Positions 37,335-51,340 of a stretch of 64,000 nt of DNA are shown in pieces (position 1 is the first letter of the stretch; the number at the start of each line of letters is the position of its first letter). The notes under the pieces were generated by a model. The model was not told the DNA's origin and searched no databases. It worked only from the letters and a program-made list of their open reading frames with translations. This DNA is from Botryllus schlosseri. Lineage: Eukaryota. Both the position numbers and the translations under genes were made by a program. The stretch spans positions 2,978,001 through 3,042,000 of the forward strand of contig CM119372.1 in the NCBI GenBank assembly GCA_051294905.1, written 5' to 3'.

Positions 37335-39352
37335 CACTGCAAAACGCAAGATTGGCATAATATACATCGGTACAACCTTGTATCTACCCTACGGATAGGC
37401 AAAACAGAATAATAGCTGATTCGAATCGGACTCCGCAGTAGGGCCATAATCAAAGCAAGTCACATGTACATTGTTTCTTTCAGTAACTGAAATAAAATAA
37501 CAGTACTACTAGCTGCCCCTGATCAGGAATCCTAAAGCGACATCCACGCGTTCCAGGGTATTGTGGGCCTACAACACTACAGTAGGAAGCTGTGTTACAT
37601 TTGCAGATTAAAAAATATAGGACATTATCGGCTGTACTACGTTATTCGATACCAGCTGCTGACAAGATCGCTAGTTTCCGACCGTTATCCCGTCTAACGG
37701 TTTTGAAGAGCCTAACATCGGTAATGGTTATACTTCTGGCGTATCCTACAACATATAAATGGATGAAGTGAAAATGAAGACCGCGTGCCATCAATTACAT
37801 AAGCGGATTATGTCATTGGCAAAATGACTGTCCAAGCGCTAACTGCCGGCATTGCTCGTATCCTACCGTTATGCCGTCCAGTTCAAAACGACTACAACAG
37901 GGACGCTCACAATATTGCAGCATGCGATCTATCCATAAAAGTTTACAAGACGGCTTTCACTGAGTGATTAGTTTAGTCAGGTCATGGTCCAAACGATAAT
38001 TGACGACAGTCAGCTTCCAAATGTACATCAGTCTTGGACAACTAGAAAATTTTCAGCTTTTCTGAATTAGAATAGAATTAGAATTAGAGCTACACACTTT
38101 TTCCAAATTAGATTAGAATTAGAGCGACACAGCTTTTTACAAATTAGATTAGAATTAGAATTACTAAATTCGCAAAAACTTGGAAATTAAAAAAAAATTG
38201 TGAATGGTAAATGAATACAGCAAAAATCAGCTCATATCAAATCACAGTGCATTCCCGTAACCATGACAATGGTTAACGTCTGTACACCAAGCTTGGCTCG
38301 GTTTCAACTATACCAGGGGTCACAGCAATAGCGGCCGGCGATCTGATTTGAGATTTTGGAAATAAGCGAAATAAAGCATTTTGAAATGCTCAAATTGATT
38401 TCGGTTTCAAATCAATATTGTTGTTCTTTCAAAATAAGGTATTCGCCTATGCCCAACAACATTATTCCACACTAGCTGAAACGGCTTCGGCGATGACAAC
38501 AGCATTCCACCGATAGAGAGTCAGCTGATATTAATACGCATAAGAACATTGCCTTGACGTGCGATGGCCAAGACACAGACGCTTAGAAAACGGCATAGGA
38601 CGTCCCCACAAGATCAATCTTTAGGATGAGATAGTCTTTCAGCTAGTAACATGTCTAGCTAGCCCCAATATGGATTCACTATTCGTTGGAAAGCGTTGTC
38701 GCGTATCGTGAGCAACTCACATAGTTCAAAATAAAATGGCGGGTATGATCATGATATTTCTTGTAGTAATTGTACTAGTTTAATAAAATATTAGTTCTTT
38801 TGTGGTAACCATGAGCATCGCCCATGATAGTCAGAAGAGCGTTGAACTAACGTAAAGTTTAAAAAAAAGAATGTTGTTCGCAGACTACAAGCTACTATGC
38901 TAGCACGCTATTATTCGTCACAAGAACTACGTAATTTTCCATGTATAATCCCAAAATTTTCACGATTTTTTGCCCTAAAATCGGGGGTGCGTATTATACA
39001 TGGGAACAACTCGCTTGAAAAAAATCTCGCTCGGTAAAAAACTTGAAATCACAACTTTCTTCATGATTGTTTCTATTCGCGCATCACTTTCAGCCATCCT
39101 GCCCAGTAATTCGTATTATCAGTGTAACGCGCTACCAATTAGCAGAAAGCGTAATGCCAATTAAAGAGAGTCGTCTCCACAGCACACTAACTCCTGCTGA
39201 GTTGGTTTGCCGTTTGCACGCGAGCGAAATTAGGTCATTCATTGATTGCTGAACGCGCGCGCGACAATCCTCGTTTATTCATCGACAGGCCATGTGCGCA
39301 AAATATAATCGCTTACGTAATCAGTCGCACCTCCAACAGGCGTGGTGTGCAC

Positions 39353-40684
39353 CAGAGTTGGATCAATTGTAATTTGTAATGTAATTGAATGTAATTAATT
39401 ACACATTTCAATGTAATTGTAATGTAATTGTAATTGAAGCATTTTTATTTTGTGTAATTGTAATTGTAATTTGACAAAAATTTTGCTCAATTACAATTTC
39501 AATTACATTAAATTGCTATTGAGACCTGACAAGCACAACATAAAATATTTTTTTACCGCTATGCTGGCCTCGGCTGCCATTGTATACAATTATTAGATTA
39601 CTAACCAACGGATGGATTCGCAACACGTGACTCACGATTGAATACGCCTAGAAGCGAACTGCTGAGCCGGCTAAAGGCAGCAGAATTGATAGTCCCATAG
39701 CTAACGATCCAAGCGTCGAAATTTGATATGTATGGTCCTAATCGAAAGCTAGTGTCGCACTGATTCCGCAATAAAAGTATATTTCCAGGCAATGGTACCA
39801 TCCCAAAATAGTCGTGAAAGTCTGGGAATCGGCATTGTAATTGGTCATTGTTGTGGTCATGCTGCTGCGGCGCTCTCACTTTTCAGAACAGTCGGCCTTG
39901 AACGGCTATTTTGGAGCAGTTACATTGTCCTGGCGAGATTTTAATTTGTATGTTCGGAATTAGTGCATCAATAGCTTACGATAAAGACCAGATGCATCAA
40001 ATTTGAACGCCTGAATCGCCAGCTCTAGGACTATAAAGTTTGCTGCTTTTAGCCGGCTCTGCAGTACGTTTGTCGGTGCATTCATCCGTTACTCACATCT
40101 TGCGCATCTATCCGTGGGTTGGCAATCTACAATACGATTTCAGATCACGATGCTGCATCGTTACTTCGTCTGTCTAACTAACCAGACCACTGGATATTAT
40201 ATAACGTCTTATCTGACAAAGCACGGTTTTGTTTTCACCCCACATCCTAATTCCTACGTCCCTCGACAAAAATAATATTATTTCTTTAATTATATACTAT
40301 ATACGCAAATCCAACCCGTGCATGATTATAATACTTTTATCAACGACATACTGCATTCAGGAATAGTTCAAAAACGTGTTTCTTTTATTAATTACCGGGT
40401 ATTTGCGTATCATGAATGAAACATGAATACTTGAATTGCTGTTAATTACGACGCTACGGTTGTCAAGGAACACCGTTGAATTTATCATTATTGAATTACA
40501 TGTTCAACAGCAGCAATTGTAATTGTAATTGTAATGTAATTGAATCATGCAAGGAGTAATTGTAATTGTAATTGTACTTTGATATTTTTAGCATGGAGTA
40601 ATTGTAATTGTAATGTAATTGAAACATGCATGAAAGTAATTGTAATTGTAATTGAACTGAAATAATGTAATTGATCCAACTCTG
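39353..40684. mobile_element. hAT element with (GTAATT)n subterminal arrays
   Basis: TIR CAGAGTTGGATCAATT; TSD GTGTGCAC. Confidence 0.92.
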
Positions 40685-40791
40685 GTGTGCACGACATAAC
40701 CGTTGGCCTGAGCAATTGCATCTGACCTCGTGCGCAAGATGTCGCGTCGCCGGCCTCGCAGGCTTTGGCTGCTATCTACTATCGTATAGAG

Positions 40792-42279
40792 CAGCGGTTC
40801 TCAACCGGGGGTCCGCGGACCCCTAGGGGTCCGCGAAGCAATTTCAGGGGGTCCGCGAGACCTCTAAATTTTTAGTATTGTTGATATTCTAATTTTTATT
40901 TCATTTTTTAATTTGAGAAAGCATGAGGCAGTTTCGCACCACAACTGCTAAAACCTCATGACTCATATCATCATAATAATCGTCTGACATGAACTATCGT
41001 AGTGTGGAAATTCATTTTCATTGCCAATTTTTCATTAACCTTCTGATACAAACATATTGCTGTTTAGAGACGTTTTGTTTGGGTTTGTGGAAAAAAATAA
41101 CAATATGGAGATAGTACCGTCAATCAGGGTGACTTCGTAATGTCTGCAAAACCTTCTCGATTTGAAGTTGTCAGTCTCATCAAATTAGTGTACAGTCGTT
41201 TGAAATAAAAATTTCCGAAGTATATCCTTAATTTGTCCCAATGCCGGTATTGAAACCTCGCCACGAAATCCATTTTATCCTGTGATATACATAACCACTA
41301 TTTGAACAGCTTCTTGGAGGTACAGAACTTCAATGTGCAATTGAATAGTATATTCATATTGAAATGAACCCGAATATTTTCGGTTGACATCCGTCATAAA
41401 TCGGACAATGATATACATCTTGAAGCTCGGCTATCAGATTTGGCGCATTCTTATTGCGGATGCCCTATCGACAAGGCTGGTTTTTTGAAGAACAAGGAGT
41501 GTTTCGTTGCTATGAAAGCATTACGCTTAAACCCTGAAATTCATATCACCAGTTATATCGGTATGCAACCTTGTCTTGTTAATGTTCAATTGTTCATGGT
41601 CGAAAATGTTTGCTCGTTAATATATATGTAAACCAGAACAGAAAAAGTAGTTTCATGACAGTCTTTCTCAGGTTGGAAAACTTGGATCCATTCTTTAGCG
41701 CATAAAATTTGTCTATACTTTTAGATTAGGATTCAACTTTGACGGTAGAAACTCTCTGCGGCCGATCAAAATGCTGTCGCGGGCCGAATCCGACCCGCGG
41801 TCTCTATGTTGCCCGTCCCTGCGCTAGATGCAGGACGTGATATGTTCATAAAATATATGTTTCTTCATTTCGGTGCCATAAATGTTGCGATCACACCGAA
41901 AGTATCGTCGGAAGCGTTATGCGTTAATATTGCATTATCCTCCATCTATCTTTGCGGAAATGGTTTTCGGCACTCCTCGTTGATATCAAAACGAAGACGC
42001 GGATTTTCAAGACACGACCACGTACTTCAAGAAATACAGCAGCAAAATTAGCTTTGAAGTGATTAAAGTCTACCAATTTCTACATAAATAGTATGATGTT
42101 ATTTTCAAGAAAAGTCATTATTTTTCTGTTTCTCACAAGCCTACAGTTCATATTTGCACAACACAGATATGAAGGTTGCACCATAATAGAGCTAAAATTG
42201 AACTAAAACTTGAGGGGGTCCGCGAGAGTCCGTGACGGTCAAAAGGGGTCCGCGAAGCCAAAAAGGTTGAGAACCACTG
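40792..42279. mobile_element. hAT element (sibling of 48886-49800) with an additional internal insert
   Basis: CAGCGGTTCTCAACC..GGTTGAGAACCACTG; TSD GTATAGAG. Confidence 0.92.
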
Positions 42280-42530
42280 GTATAGAGGCAATACCGTTAC
42301 TTGTATAATGATTAGCAATCCCATCTGTAATAGGCCTCGTGCGCAAGACGTCGTGTCGCTGGCCCGAACTATCGCTTCGCCAGCCTCGCAGGCTTTGGCT
42401 GCTCTGTAGTATCGTTTAAAGACAATGCCGTTAATTGCATAATGATTAGCGATGGTTATGTCATGATTGTTCGACAGTGACATCGCAAAACAGAACGACA
42501 TCACGTACTAAAACACAGCTATTCAATTTA

Positions 42531-43139
42531 GGGCTGTTCAAAAATAACTTTTTTTTCCTGATTCCAGCCATTCACTGATTACATTGTCAGGTTGCCACAA
42601 CAAAGGCTGCACACCAAATTTGGTTCAATTCGAACATGTCTAAGCGTCCGCAGAGCCAATTAAAATTTTTAATTTAATACGTAAAATTAAAAAAAAAATC
42701 AAATTTTTCTCTCAACCCCATGAAAATGTTGAGATGTCTTCAAAGACCATGCAAATGAAATTTGAGTCAATTCCAACCAGTAGAAACGGAGTTATTTGAG
42801 TTTTTCGTTGATAATTCTCGGATTATCCACCAATCAAGGATAATTGGAGAATTATCAACGAAAAACTCCAATAACTCCACTTCTACTACTCCGAATTGAG
42901 TCAAATTTTATTTGCATCGTCTCTGAAAACAGCTCAACAATTTCATGGGGTTGACAGAAAAATTTGAAATTTTTTTTTTTTAATTTTCCTGTATAAATTA
43001 AAAATTTTAATTGGATCCGCGGAGCCCTATACTTGTTAGAATTGAACCAAATTTGGTGTGCAGCGTTTTTTAAGGTAACCTGACGATTTAATCACTGAAT
43101 GGCTGGAATCCGGAAAAAAAAGTTATTTTTGAACAGCCC
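42531..43139. mobile_element. Foldback-type MITE, almost fully palindromic
   Basis: GGGCTGTTCAAAAATAAC termini flanked by TA; arms of about 300 bp meet at a loop of about 10 nt near 42830; relative at about 62868-63170. Confidence 0.9.
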
Positions 43140-45723
43140 TACTATTCATGTACTGCGAATGCAGGGTGCGTACTATACATGGGTACAGGCTTTTTCCCAG
43201 AATTTGCATGCCATTTTAAGGGTGTGTATTATACACGGGGGCGTACTATACTTGGAAAATTACGGTATGTATACGATGACTGCACGGTGTAAGTAAGACG
43301 GTGGCGGCTTGGCACTGGATTTCCTTGCGCGAGAGGGAGATTCTTGTTAACTCACTGCGAAATGTCTCGGACAAAGAGGCATTTTCAGGAAAACAATAAA
43401 TATGATTAGAACTAAAATTAGAGCAGAAGGACATTTCACAAATTAGATTAGAATTAGAATTAGAGCATAACATTTCAAAAAGTAGATTAGAATTAGAATT
43501 AGAGCACGGAAACATTTCACAAATTAGATTAGAATTAGATTACTGGCATTTCGTCCTAATTTAGTGAAATTAGACAACTAGACAACTAGAATTATCTAGT
43601 TGTCTAAGTCTGCAGTCATGGTTCGAACTTAACAAAATGGAGTACCTGATTATTCGAATCCGTGTTGACTTTCAAGTGTCAGTTATTATGACACCATATT
43701 CGAGAAAGAATGCAAGACATTTAGTACGGACGTTTTGGAAATTCATTTTGTAATACGGTTGACACCGTTTCGCGACGTCGAATACTATCTTTGCCATCAA
43801 CCATTGCATGGTACCCCTAACTTTTCGAAGAAAACACTTACATCAACTCCTCCAGTAAATTTAATTACGCATATGCAAGTACCAATATTATTTACCAAAT
43901 TTACTCATTACTTTTGAAGAATTTTCGTGTTTGCGCAACTACAAATTAAATACAAACTGATTTTGCATAACATTACCATAAGCGATTTTGGTGGGGAGTG
44001 CCGATGGACACGAATAAATAAGAAGTTCCCTTCATTTATTTAATTAAATATTTGTTAGTTATCTATAATTGAATACTGAATAGCTTTGAATCATCGCAAT
44101 TGGCCACGAACAGACTCGAACGAACGTAATCGATTAGCGTTAATGTTAAAACATCAGAAGGTGTGCGTCAAGGCGCAGTTATCATAAGATGGGACAGATG
44201 GGCCTGAATCACCTGAATTCAGTGCCATTACAAAACAGATTCCATTAGACTTCGCCCCGCGTGTTGGTGAATAGTGAATAGTTGATATTGAAACGAGATC
44301 GTGGAATCGCTAATTGACGGCACCGTCAGACTCGCTGGCAAGCTTACACGTACAGATACGTGTGAGTTCGTCAACACGATGAAGTTTTTCATATCCAGGT
44401 ATTATCGGCAATCGGCATTTACGCATGTACTTAACCGTAATAAACTGATCTTACCTTGGTAAATTTGAAACAATTTCAAACCTCTCCCATTTTATTTAAA
44501 CCCCTCCCTTTTTCGGCTGGCCACCCCGTGTAAAAGTCGGCGCCTGTCTGTATAAATTGAACCGGAAATGCGTTTGCTTTGTAGGCTGTTTAGTGTTTAG
44601 TGTTTACTTATGCCCCGTGGTTAGGTACAGGCGCGTAGCCAGCCGAAAAATAAGGGGGGTTGAAATCCAAGAGGAGGTTTCTATTTTTTTTTGAATTTAC
44701 TAAAATAGCATCAATTCATTAGGGTAAAGTGCATGCGTAAATGACGATCATACAATCTCCTCGTGTTGACGAACTTACGCGTATGATAAGCTTGCCAACG
44801 AATTTCGGAAGTGCTGTCAATTAGCGAGTCCCTGATCTTTCGTGAACAATTAAATACGCGCGCTTATCAACGCGTATTACGTAGCCTCGGCGACGATTTG
44901 CGCAAGTCAAAATGCCCGAGTTGTTATGGAATCAGTTCTATAATGGCACCGATTGCAGGTGGTTCAAACCTTTCTCATCGTTTATAACTGAAGCTTTGAC
45001 ACACATCTCCTGATGGTTATGTTTAAGTATTGGCGGAAATCAATTACGACTAGATTATTCTAACAAGTTATCCAATTAGAGTAATCGGAGTGAAATGCAG
45101 GTAATCGAATTATAAACTAATTTGTGAAATGCTTCTGTGCTCTAATGTTAATTCTGAACTAACTACTGGTTTTCCAGAAAACGCTACAGAACTGACGGTG
45201 CGAAACGAGCACACAGCTTGGTGTACAGACAATGGCCGTTGTCGTGTTTATGAGAATGAAGTCAGCTTTGATATAAACTGAGCTGGTACCAATTTTCAAG
45301 TCTTCCTGAATGTAATCCTTATTCTAATCTAATTTAAAAAAAATCTGTTCAGCCATCATTTTAATTCTAATCTAATTTGGAAAAACTGTGTAACCATAAC
45401 TATAATTCTAATCCAATTTGAAAAAAAAATTGTGTAGCTATAATTTTAATTATAATCTAATTCGGAAAAGCTGAAAATTTTCTAGTTGTCCAACGCTGAT
45501 TGTGACGTGTGGTAAGCACTGGAAATGACACAGAATATGGATATTAGTTATTAGGGACAAATCGTATAAATAAGAACAGTCCGGTTAGTTTCATAGTTTA
45601 TAGTTGCGTTTTCAACAATGAGTTTTCGTGGAAATTTTAACCCTAGTACGCCGACCCAAAGGGGTCCATGGACTGGTACTGAACATCGAAACAATGCTGA
45701 CAAATCTAAAATACGAAGAAACG

Positions 45724-45890
45724 CGGCATGATAGCGCAGTGGTATAATCCACAGCTGCAACACCAATGGGTCTCTGTCGAGTCCGACTTCAGAATTCCTA
45801 CCTAAGTGTCCGAGGTTTGTCTAGGCTCCTCCTCGCCAGTCGCCACCTCATCCGTGCATGCGGTGTCTTATAAATGAAATGGAATAGGCA
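45724..45890 (+). mobile_element. tRNA-derived SINE, family 2
   Basis: GATAGCGCAGTGGTAT..GCTGCAACACCAATGGG head shared with 50131-50195. Confidence 0.6.
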
Positions 45891-47169
45891 TGGTCGAAAA
45901 ATACCAAATTATCTTTAATGTGATGTAAAATTGGCATTGTATTCTATGTGGTAGCGACTCGACTAGAAGCCTAATACTGGATTCTGAATCGAATCACTCA
46001 GGTACTCGATTTTGCCCAGGTCTAGATCACCAGTCTACCAAGTAAAAACAGAACTAACGTATAGCTGGTGGTACACCCTGCAAATCACCGTATGCGAACA
46101 CATTATACACGACAACAATACATCGCTATCAACGTATTGAGCAATTTCGCTATATCGTAGCCGTGCCTTGCTATTCGTGTATTAGTACTGCCTAACTAAA
46201 ATATAAACATACACCATAGGACGAACCGCACCTGACGCTGAATGGCATACATCATGCTTTGCTTACTTGCCAACCGAGAACGTTAGGTATTCATTCGTCT
46301 CATATGCACGTCCGTCTGGCAACTGGTCTGCAACTAAAATGTCGATGAAATCCCCCGAGTTAAGCTGGAAATGTACTTTGATATCATGTCTATAAAATGG
46401 CAGACCCGTCAACCGTGTGAAAACAGATTTCCAGTTTCAAAACATACGTGATAGCCGTCCTCCTTGGAATACATCGAGCACGTAAATCACGATGCGTCGC
46501 CTGTAATCATACAGATTTGCCGCTTCCGATGAGGCAGGAACCTTATCCAATTACAATTCAATACTGCGATAAACTATTTTAGCCGAAAAAATTGCATTTC
46601 GCATATTGCAGCTTAATTTTATACGGTGCCAAATATCCATAATTGACGCTACGTTGTAACGGTGGCTACTGGATCGCATTGGGAGTTTACGAAACTTGCA
46701 ATGTGTTCACTTTTGTTTGTAGTTTTGGTGCAATAAAGTAATATGACATACGGCCAGGAAGGGGGCGAGTGTGTCATTGATGCATAACGTCCCCACGGAG
46801 ACAGAAGTTGCCGACTTGTCTAGTAACCGATTTTGACATCGTTTTGTGTTGGGGTATTCTTGTTCAAGTTAATCAGCGTATTCTCTCTTTGCGATCAAGT
46901 TCAGTATACCCCCTTGCCTAACTGAACAATTGAGATGAGACTGCGTCGCGATAGAATATATTATTGAACACTGCGCCGTCAGTTACTTGTTCACACTGTA
47001 TCAATTGTGCAACTTTATCGTTGATCATTTGTCACCCCCCTTTTTTCCCGTTTCATCACCACGAATATGACCATTCCAGTATATGTGGTTGAGCGCTTGA
47101 TGAATCAGAGTACTGAAGACAAAATTAACGCGAAATTCTGCCTTTTAGCGCATAATGCTTCACTTAAAG

Positions 47170-47975
47170 CAGGGGTGGCCAACCTTTTCGGCCGAAGGGC
47201 CACATGAGATTTACAAACCATTGCGCGGGCCACTTGAATGTTGATGACATTTTATTAGTCGTCAGATAGGAGCGAACCGGATTAGGTAACGGTGAAAACA
47301 AGACTTATCTTACTACGCATCAAAATCGAGAACGTCTATGTCATGAAAACTCAGCGCGCATTAAGGTTCTAGCTGCGCGAAGCGCGAAAATTTTGCAAAG
47401 ATAATAAATGAATTCGGTCAATAATATTGTTGCTTGCATATATTCCGGGTTGACCCTGTATACCGCTGAGTTGATTTGGCAAGGACCTGGTTATTAGGCG
47501 CTTGGACATATCAATATCGAAGGTTTCGGCCAACATGAGTCTATCATTTTGTGCCAAGGCTTCATCGCCGACGATCTTTTTACGAGTGCACACACTGCAC
47601 ACGCAAAGTGACATGTTAATAGCGAATATAGATAGACTCAACTCTTAAAGCAAGAAATCGTGGGCAATAAATCGCGTGAAATTCTAAGAAAAATTTCAAG
47701 TCAACTAAATCTCCCGCGAAATATTCTACTTCATGGTCATATATAGGAAGATTTACAAAAAAGTGACTAGCCCCTGGCTACGTTAATGCGTCGGAAATGA
47801 TAATTCAGCCATCAATACCCCAAATTTCGAGGTCAGGCTAATCAACTATTTGGTTGGCCTTGCAAGGTCACAATAAATTACCTGGGTAATTATTTCTTGA
47901 TAATATAACTAATTTCGAAAATTATCTCGCGGGCCGCTCAAAACCGTCTCACGGGCCACGGGTTGGCCGGCCCTG
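47170..47975. mobile_element. hAT MITE (partial relative at about 50560-51120)
   Basis: CAGGGGTGGCCAACC..GGTTGGCCGGCCCTG; TSD ACTTAAAG. Confidence 0.9.
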
Positions 47976-48885
47976 ACTTAAAGTACTGTAAGTCAAGTTA
48001 CGCAACACGCGTCTACAATCCATACAAAACGGACATTATAAGCCACCCTTACACAAAAACAACAAATGCCAGTTCGGCTACATACAAGATTTAGACATGC
48101 GACCGCTGTGTTTTAACGATTTGATATCTAAATCGTTATGCATTTTATTTGACGGGTGGAAAATTCTCAGATGCATAATCGGTGGGGCATTTGTGCGATT
48201 TCCATACTATTTGCCTATGGTAACAAAGTCCAAACTGCGTTTACCTATAATATCGTGATCAGGGTGAAAACGTAACATTGCCGTCGGACGGTTGCGATGT
48301 GACATATCAAAAACAGACCATGTTCGATATGACATATGTCATGTTTGACATTTATTGTCTGGAGAACTGTGCTCACACTATGTTTTATTTTTTAATTATT
48401 TTTTATTAAATTACATTAACTTGGAAAATCATCGCTGCTCACCTGATATATCAGGCAAAAGGCCAGCGATTCCAATCAGGCTGAAAGAAAGGTGCCGGAT
48501 ATTAAGAGCATATTTATATTTACCCAAAATTGCTTTACGGGCCGGATCCGGATGTCTCACACCCCTGTACTAGCACATCGGAATACCTGCACAGTATGAA
48601 ATCTCATGCGAATTTTGTACAAGCAGGGATGAGTTAATTCCAAACACAACGAATCTGCAAAGCTGAGTACATCAGAAATCCTTGTATTATCTAGCACATT
48701 TCTAACAAAATTTGAGATATTTATTACATAATAATAAATACTTCAACGCAAATAATTTCTCAAGTGTTGAACATATCCATTGTTCATTTGTCACTTTTTG
48801 TAATCGCCCGACCATTAGTAACAAGTTCGTCACATCGACACCAAATTCGGAGAGTCACATTCAGTTCAGGAAAGATGGACTAAAA

Positions 48886-49800
48886 CAGCGGTTCTTAACC
48901 GGGGGTCCGTGAAGCATTTTCAGGGGGTCCGCGAAGCCTCTAAATTTTTAAAATGATCGACAACCTACTTTTTATTTATTGTAATTTGGAAAAGCATGAG
49001 CCAGTTTCGCTTCATAATTGCTCAGACTTTAAGACTCGCATCATCGAAATGGTCGTCTGAGATAAAATATCCGAATGTGCAAATTCATTTTAATTGTCAA
49101 ATTGCCAATAGCCTGCTGATGCAAACATATTGCTGTTTAGGGATGTTTTGTTGGGGTTTGTGGAAAAATGAAATGTTGGAGATAGCAAGGTCAAACAGGG
49201 TGACTTCGAAATATTTGCAAAACATTTTGGATTTGAAGTTATCAGTCTCTGCAAATTGGTAACCAGTCGTCTGAAATATAACTTCCTGAATTTTTTTCCT
49301 AATCTGCCCGAATGAAGGAATTGAAAGCTCGCCACGAAATCAATTTTCTCCTGTGATATAACCATTAAATAACTCCAATATAAGATGCTAGATAGAAATG
49401 ACTAGGCTGCACGTGATATGTTAATTAAAAACTCACAACAAAAGCTGTCGTCGGAGGCGTTCCGCGGTAATATTACATTCGCCACCAATATATCTTGGTG
49501 GAAATGGATTTTGGCACTCATTCATATCAAATCGAAGACGCAGATTTTCAATACAATAAATGCAGCTGGAAAATTCCTTTCGAAATAACAAAAGCCTAGC
49601 CAATTTTCACAGTATGGAGTTATGTTCAAGAAAAGTCATTTTGTTGCTATTTCTCAATATAGCCTACAATTAATATTTGCACACGACAGATGACGGTTAC
49701 ACGATAAATGAGCTAATTTTTAACGAAAACTTCAGGGGGTCCGCGGGGTCTGTGACGGTTCAAAAGGGGTCCGCGAACGCAAAAAGGTTGAGAACCACTG
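48886..49800. mobile_element. hAT MITE
   Basis: CAGCGGTTCTTAACC..GGTTGAGAACCACTG; TSD GACTAAAA/GACCAAAA. Confidence 0.88.
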
Positions 49801-50130
49801 GACCAAAAGGTAGCCTGCTTATACGTACAGTGGCAAAACGTTAATCCTGAACTCCTGTGTGCTAGTTACATAGTGCTCAAAGAAGATAATGCAAATATCT
49901 GTGCTGACACTGCTATATAACTTATGACTCAAAAGAACCGCGGCCTCTCGAAGCCCTACCCAGTTATCGTCATTGTGGAAAGTTATAGCACTCCAAGGAC
50001 AGGCTCAATGATGGGTTAACGACAAGCATTCAGAAATAACAAGCTATCTACGAATACTATCTCTGCAATCTACCGATAGATCGCCATCGAATTATTAAGT
50101 GCCCTTGGCACACCTGACATGTGGTGGGGT

Positions 50131-50195
50131 GGCGAGATAGCGCAGTGGTATTATCCGCGGCTGCAACACCAATGGGCTGCGGGTTCGAGTCGCAT
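50131..50195 (+). mobile_element. tRNA-derived SINE family 2 head fragment
   Basis: A box TAGCGCAGTGG, B box GGGTTCGAGTC; no complete cloverleaf. Confidence 0.6.
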
Positions 50196-50329
50196 TTATA
50201 ATTAATAGTTTTCCTCACTTTTAGCAGTTTCTGATCGCATTTTCCAGTACCAGTACCAATAGACGAAATCACTATTGTGTGGTGACTTTACCATTCTTCG
50301 AAATTACAATGCAATGTCGGTCTTGGCCG

Positions 50330-50485
50330 TCTGAGTCTCGAGTCATAAGACTTGGTTCGAGTCATGCGCAACGACTCGAGTCCAAGTCGAGTCGATAGAC
50401 AGATTGACTCGAGTCGAGTCATTTCCCTATTTTGATAAAATGGTTCGAGTCAAGTCGAGTCATTGGAAAATCGTGACTCGAGTCG
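50330..50485. repeat. GACTCGAGTC-rich array, probably a MITE subterminal region
   Basis: Repeated CGAGTC/GACTCG motifs. Confidence 0.7.
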
Positions 50486-51340
50486 TCATCACCATCACCA
50501 TCATCATTATTCAATATGAATATGAATATCAGTATATTCAATTGTATAATGTTTCCTAATTTTTTTCACAGTTCAGAAATGAGCTATGTCATTAATATTG
50601 TTACTTGAGTATATTGTAGGTCTGCTGTATATCAAAAGCTTTGGCCAATACGCGTCATTCATTTTGTGCCCAGGTTTCATCGTCGGCGGTCTTTCTGCGA
50701 GCGTAAACGCAAGGTCGCATATTGGACGGCACTTTACTCTCTTAGTTGCGAATATAGTTAGACTCAATATGGTGAAGTAGGCGTTTTGTGGATATTCAGG
50801 CGGGGAACCAATATTAAAAGCAAGAAATCGAGTGACAACATATCGCGCGAAGCGTGAAGAGAAATTTTACTTTTGATAAATCTACCGCAAAATAGTCTAC
50901 TTTGTTGTAATGCACGAATGTAGAGCAAAAATGTGACCGGCCCATGGATCTGGCAATGCGTCGGAAGTGATATTTTAGCCATCAACATCCCAAGTGCTGC
51001 GGCCAGACTAATCAAATTTTTTGGTTGGCCTTGCAGGTTTACAATCTGGGCAATCCATTTTTGATAATATAACCGATAGCGAAAATTACCTCGCGGGCCA
51101 CTCAAAACCTTCTCGCGGGCTACGGACAAAAAGAGGCATTTTCAGGAAAGCAATAAATTAGATTAGAACTAAAATGAGAGTATAGAAACATTAAATATAT
51201 TAGAGTAGAATTAGAATTAGAGCATATGAACATTTCACAAATTAGATTGGAATTAGACCACTGCAAACTAGATGACCGCAAACTTTCAGATATTTGCAAA
51301 AACGCTGATACTGCCGTAATGTAACCGAATAGGTCTATAC

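Larger units (their letters stand above)
30053..37370 (+). repeat. Segmental duplication copy B
   Basis: Matches 1-7318 at offset 30052. Confidence 0.98.
38930..43265. mobile_element. pogo/Tigger-like MITE (same family as 10561-11456) interrupted by three insertions
   Basis: Colinear with 10561-11456 once the inserts are removed; both TIRs present. Confidence 0.85.
38029..43612. mobile_element. hAT-type element with AATTAG(ATTAG) subterminal repeats, hosting nested insertions
   Basis: TIR CAG(T/A)CTT(G/A)GACAACTAGA; TSD not clear. A short relative at 62264-62630 has the 8-bp TSD CACTACAC. Confidence 0.65.
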
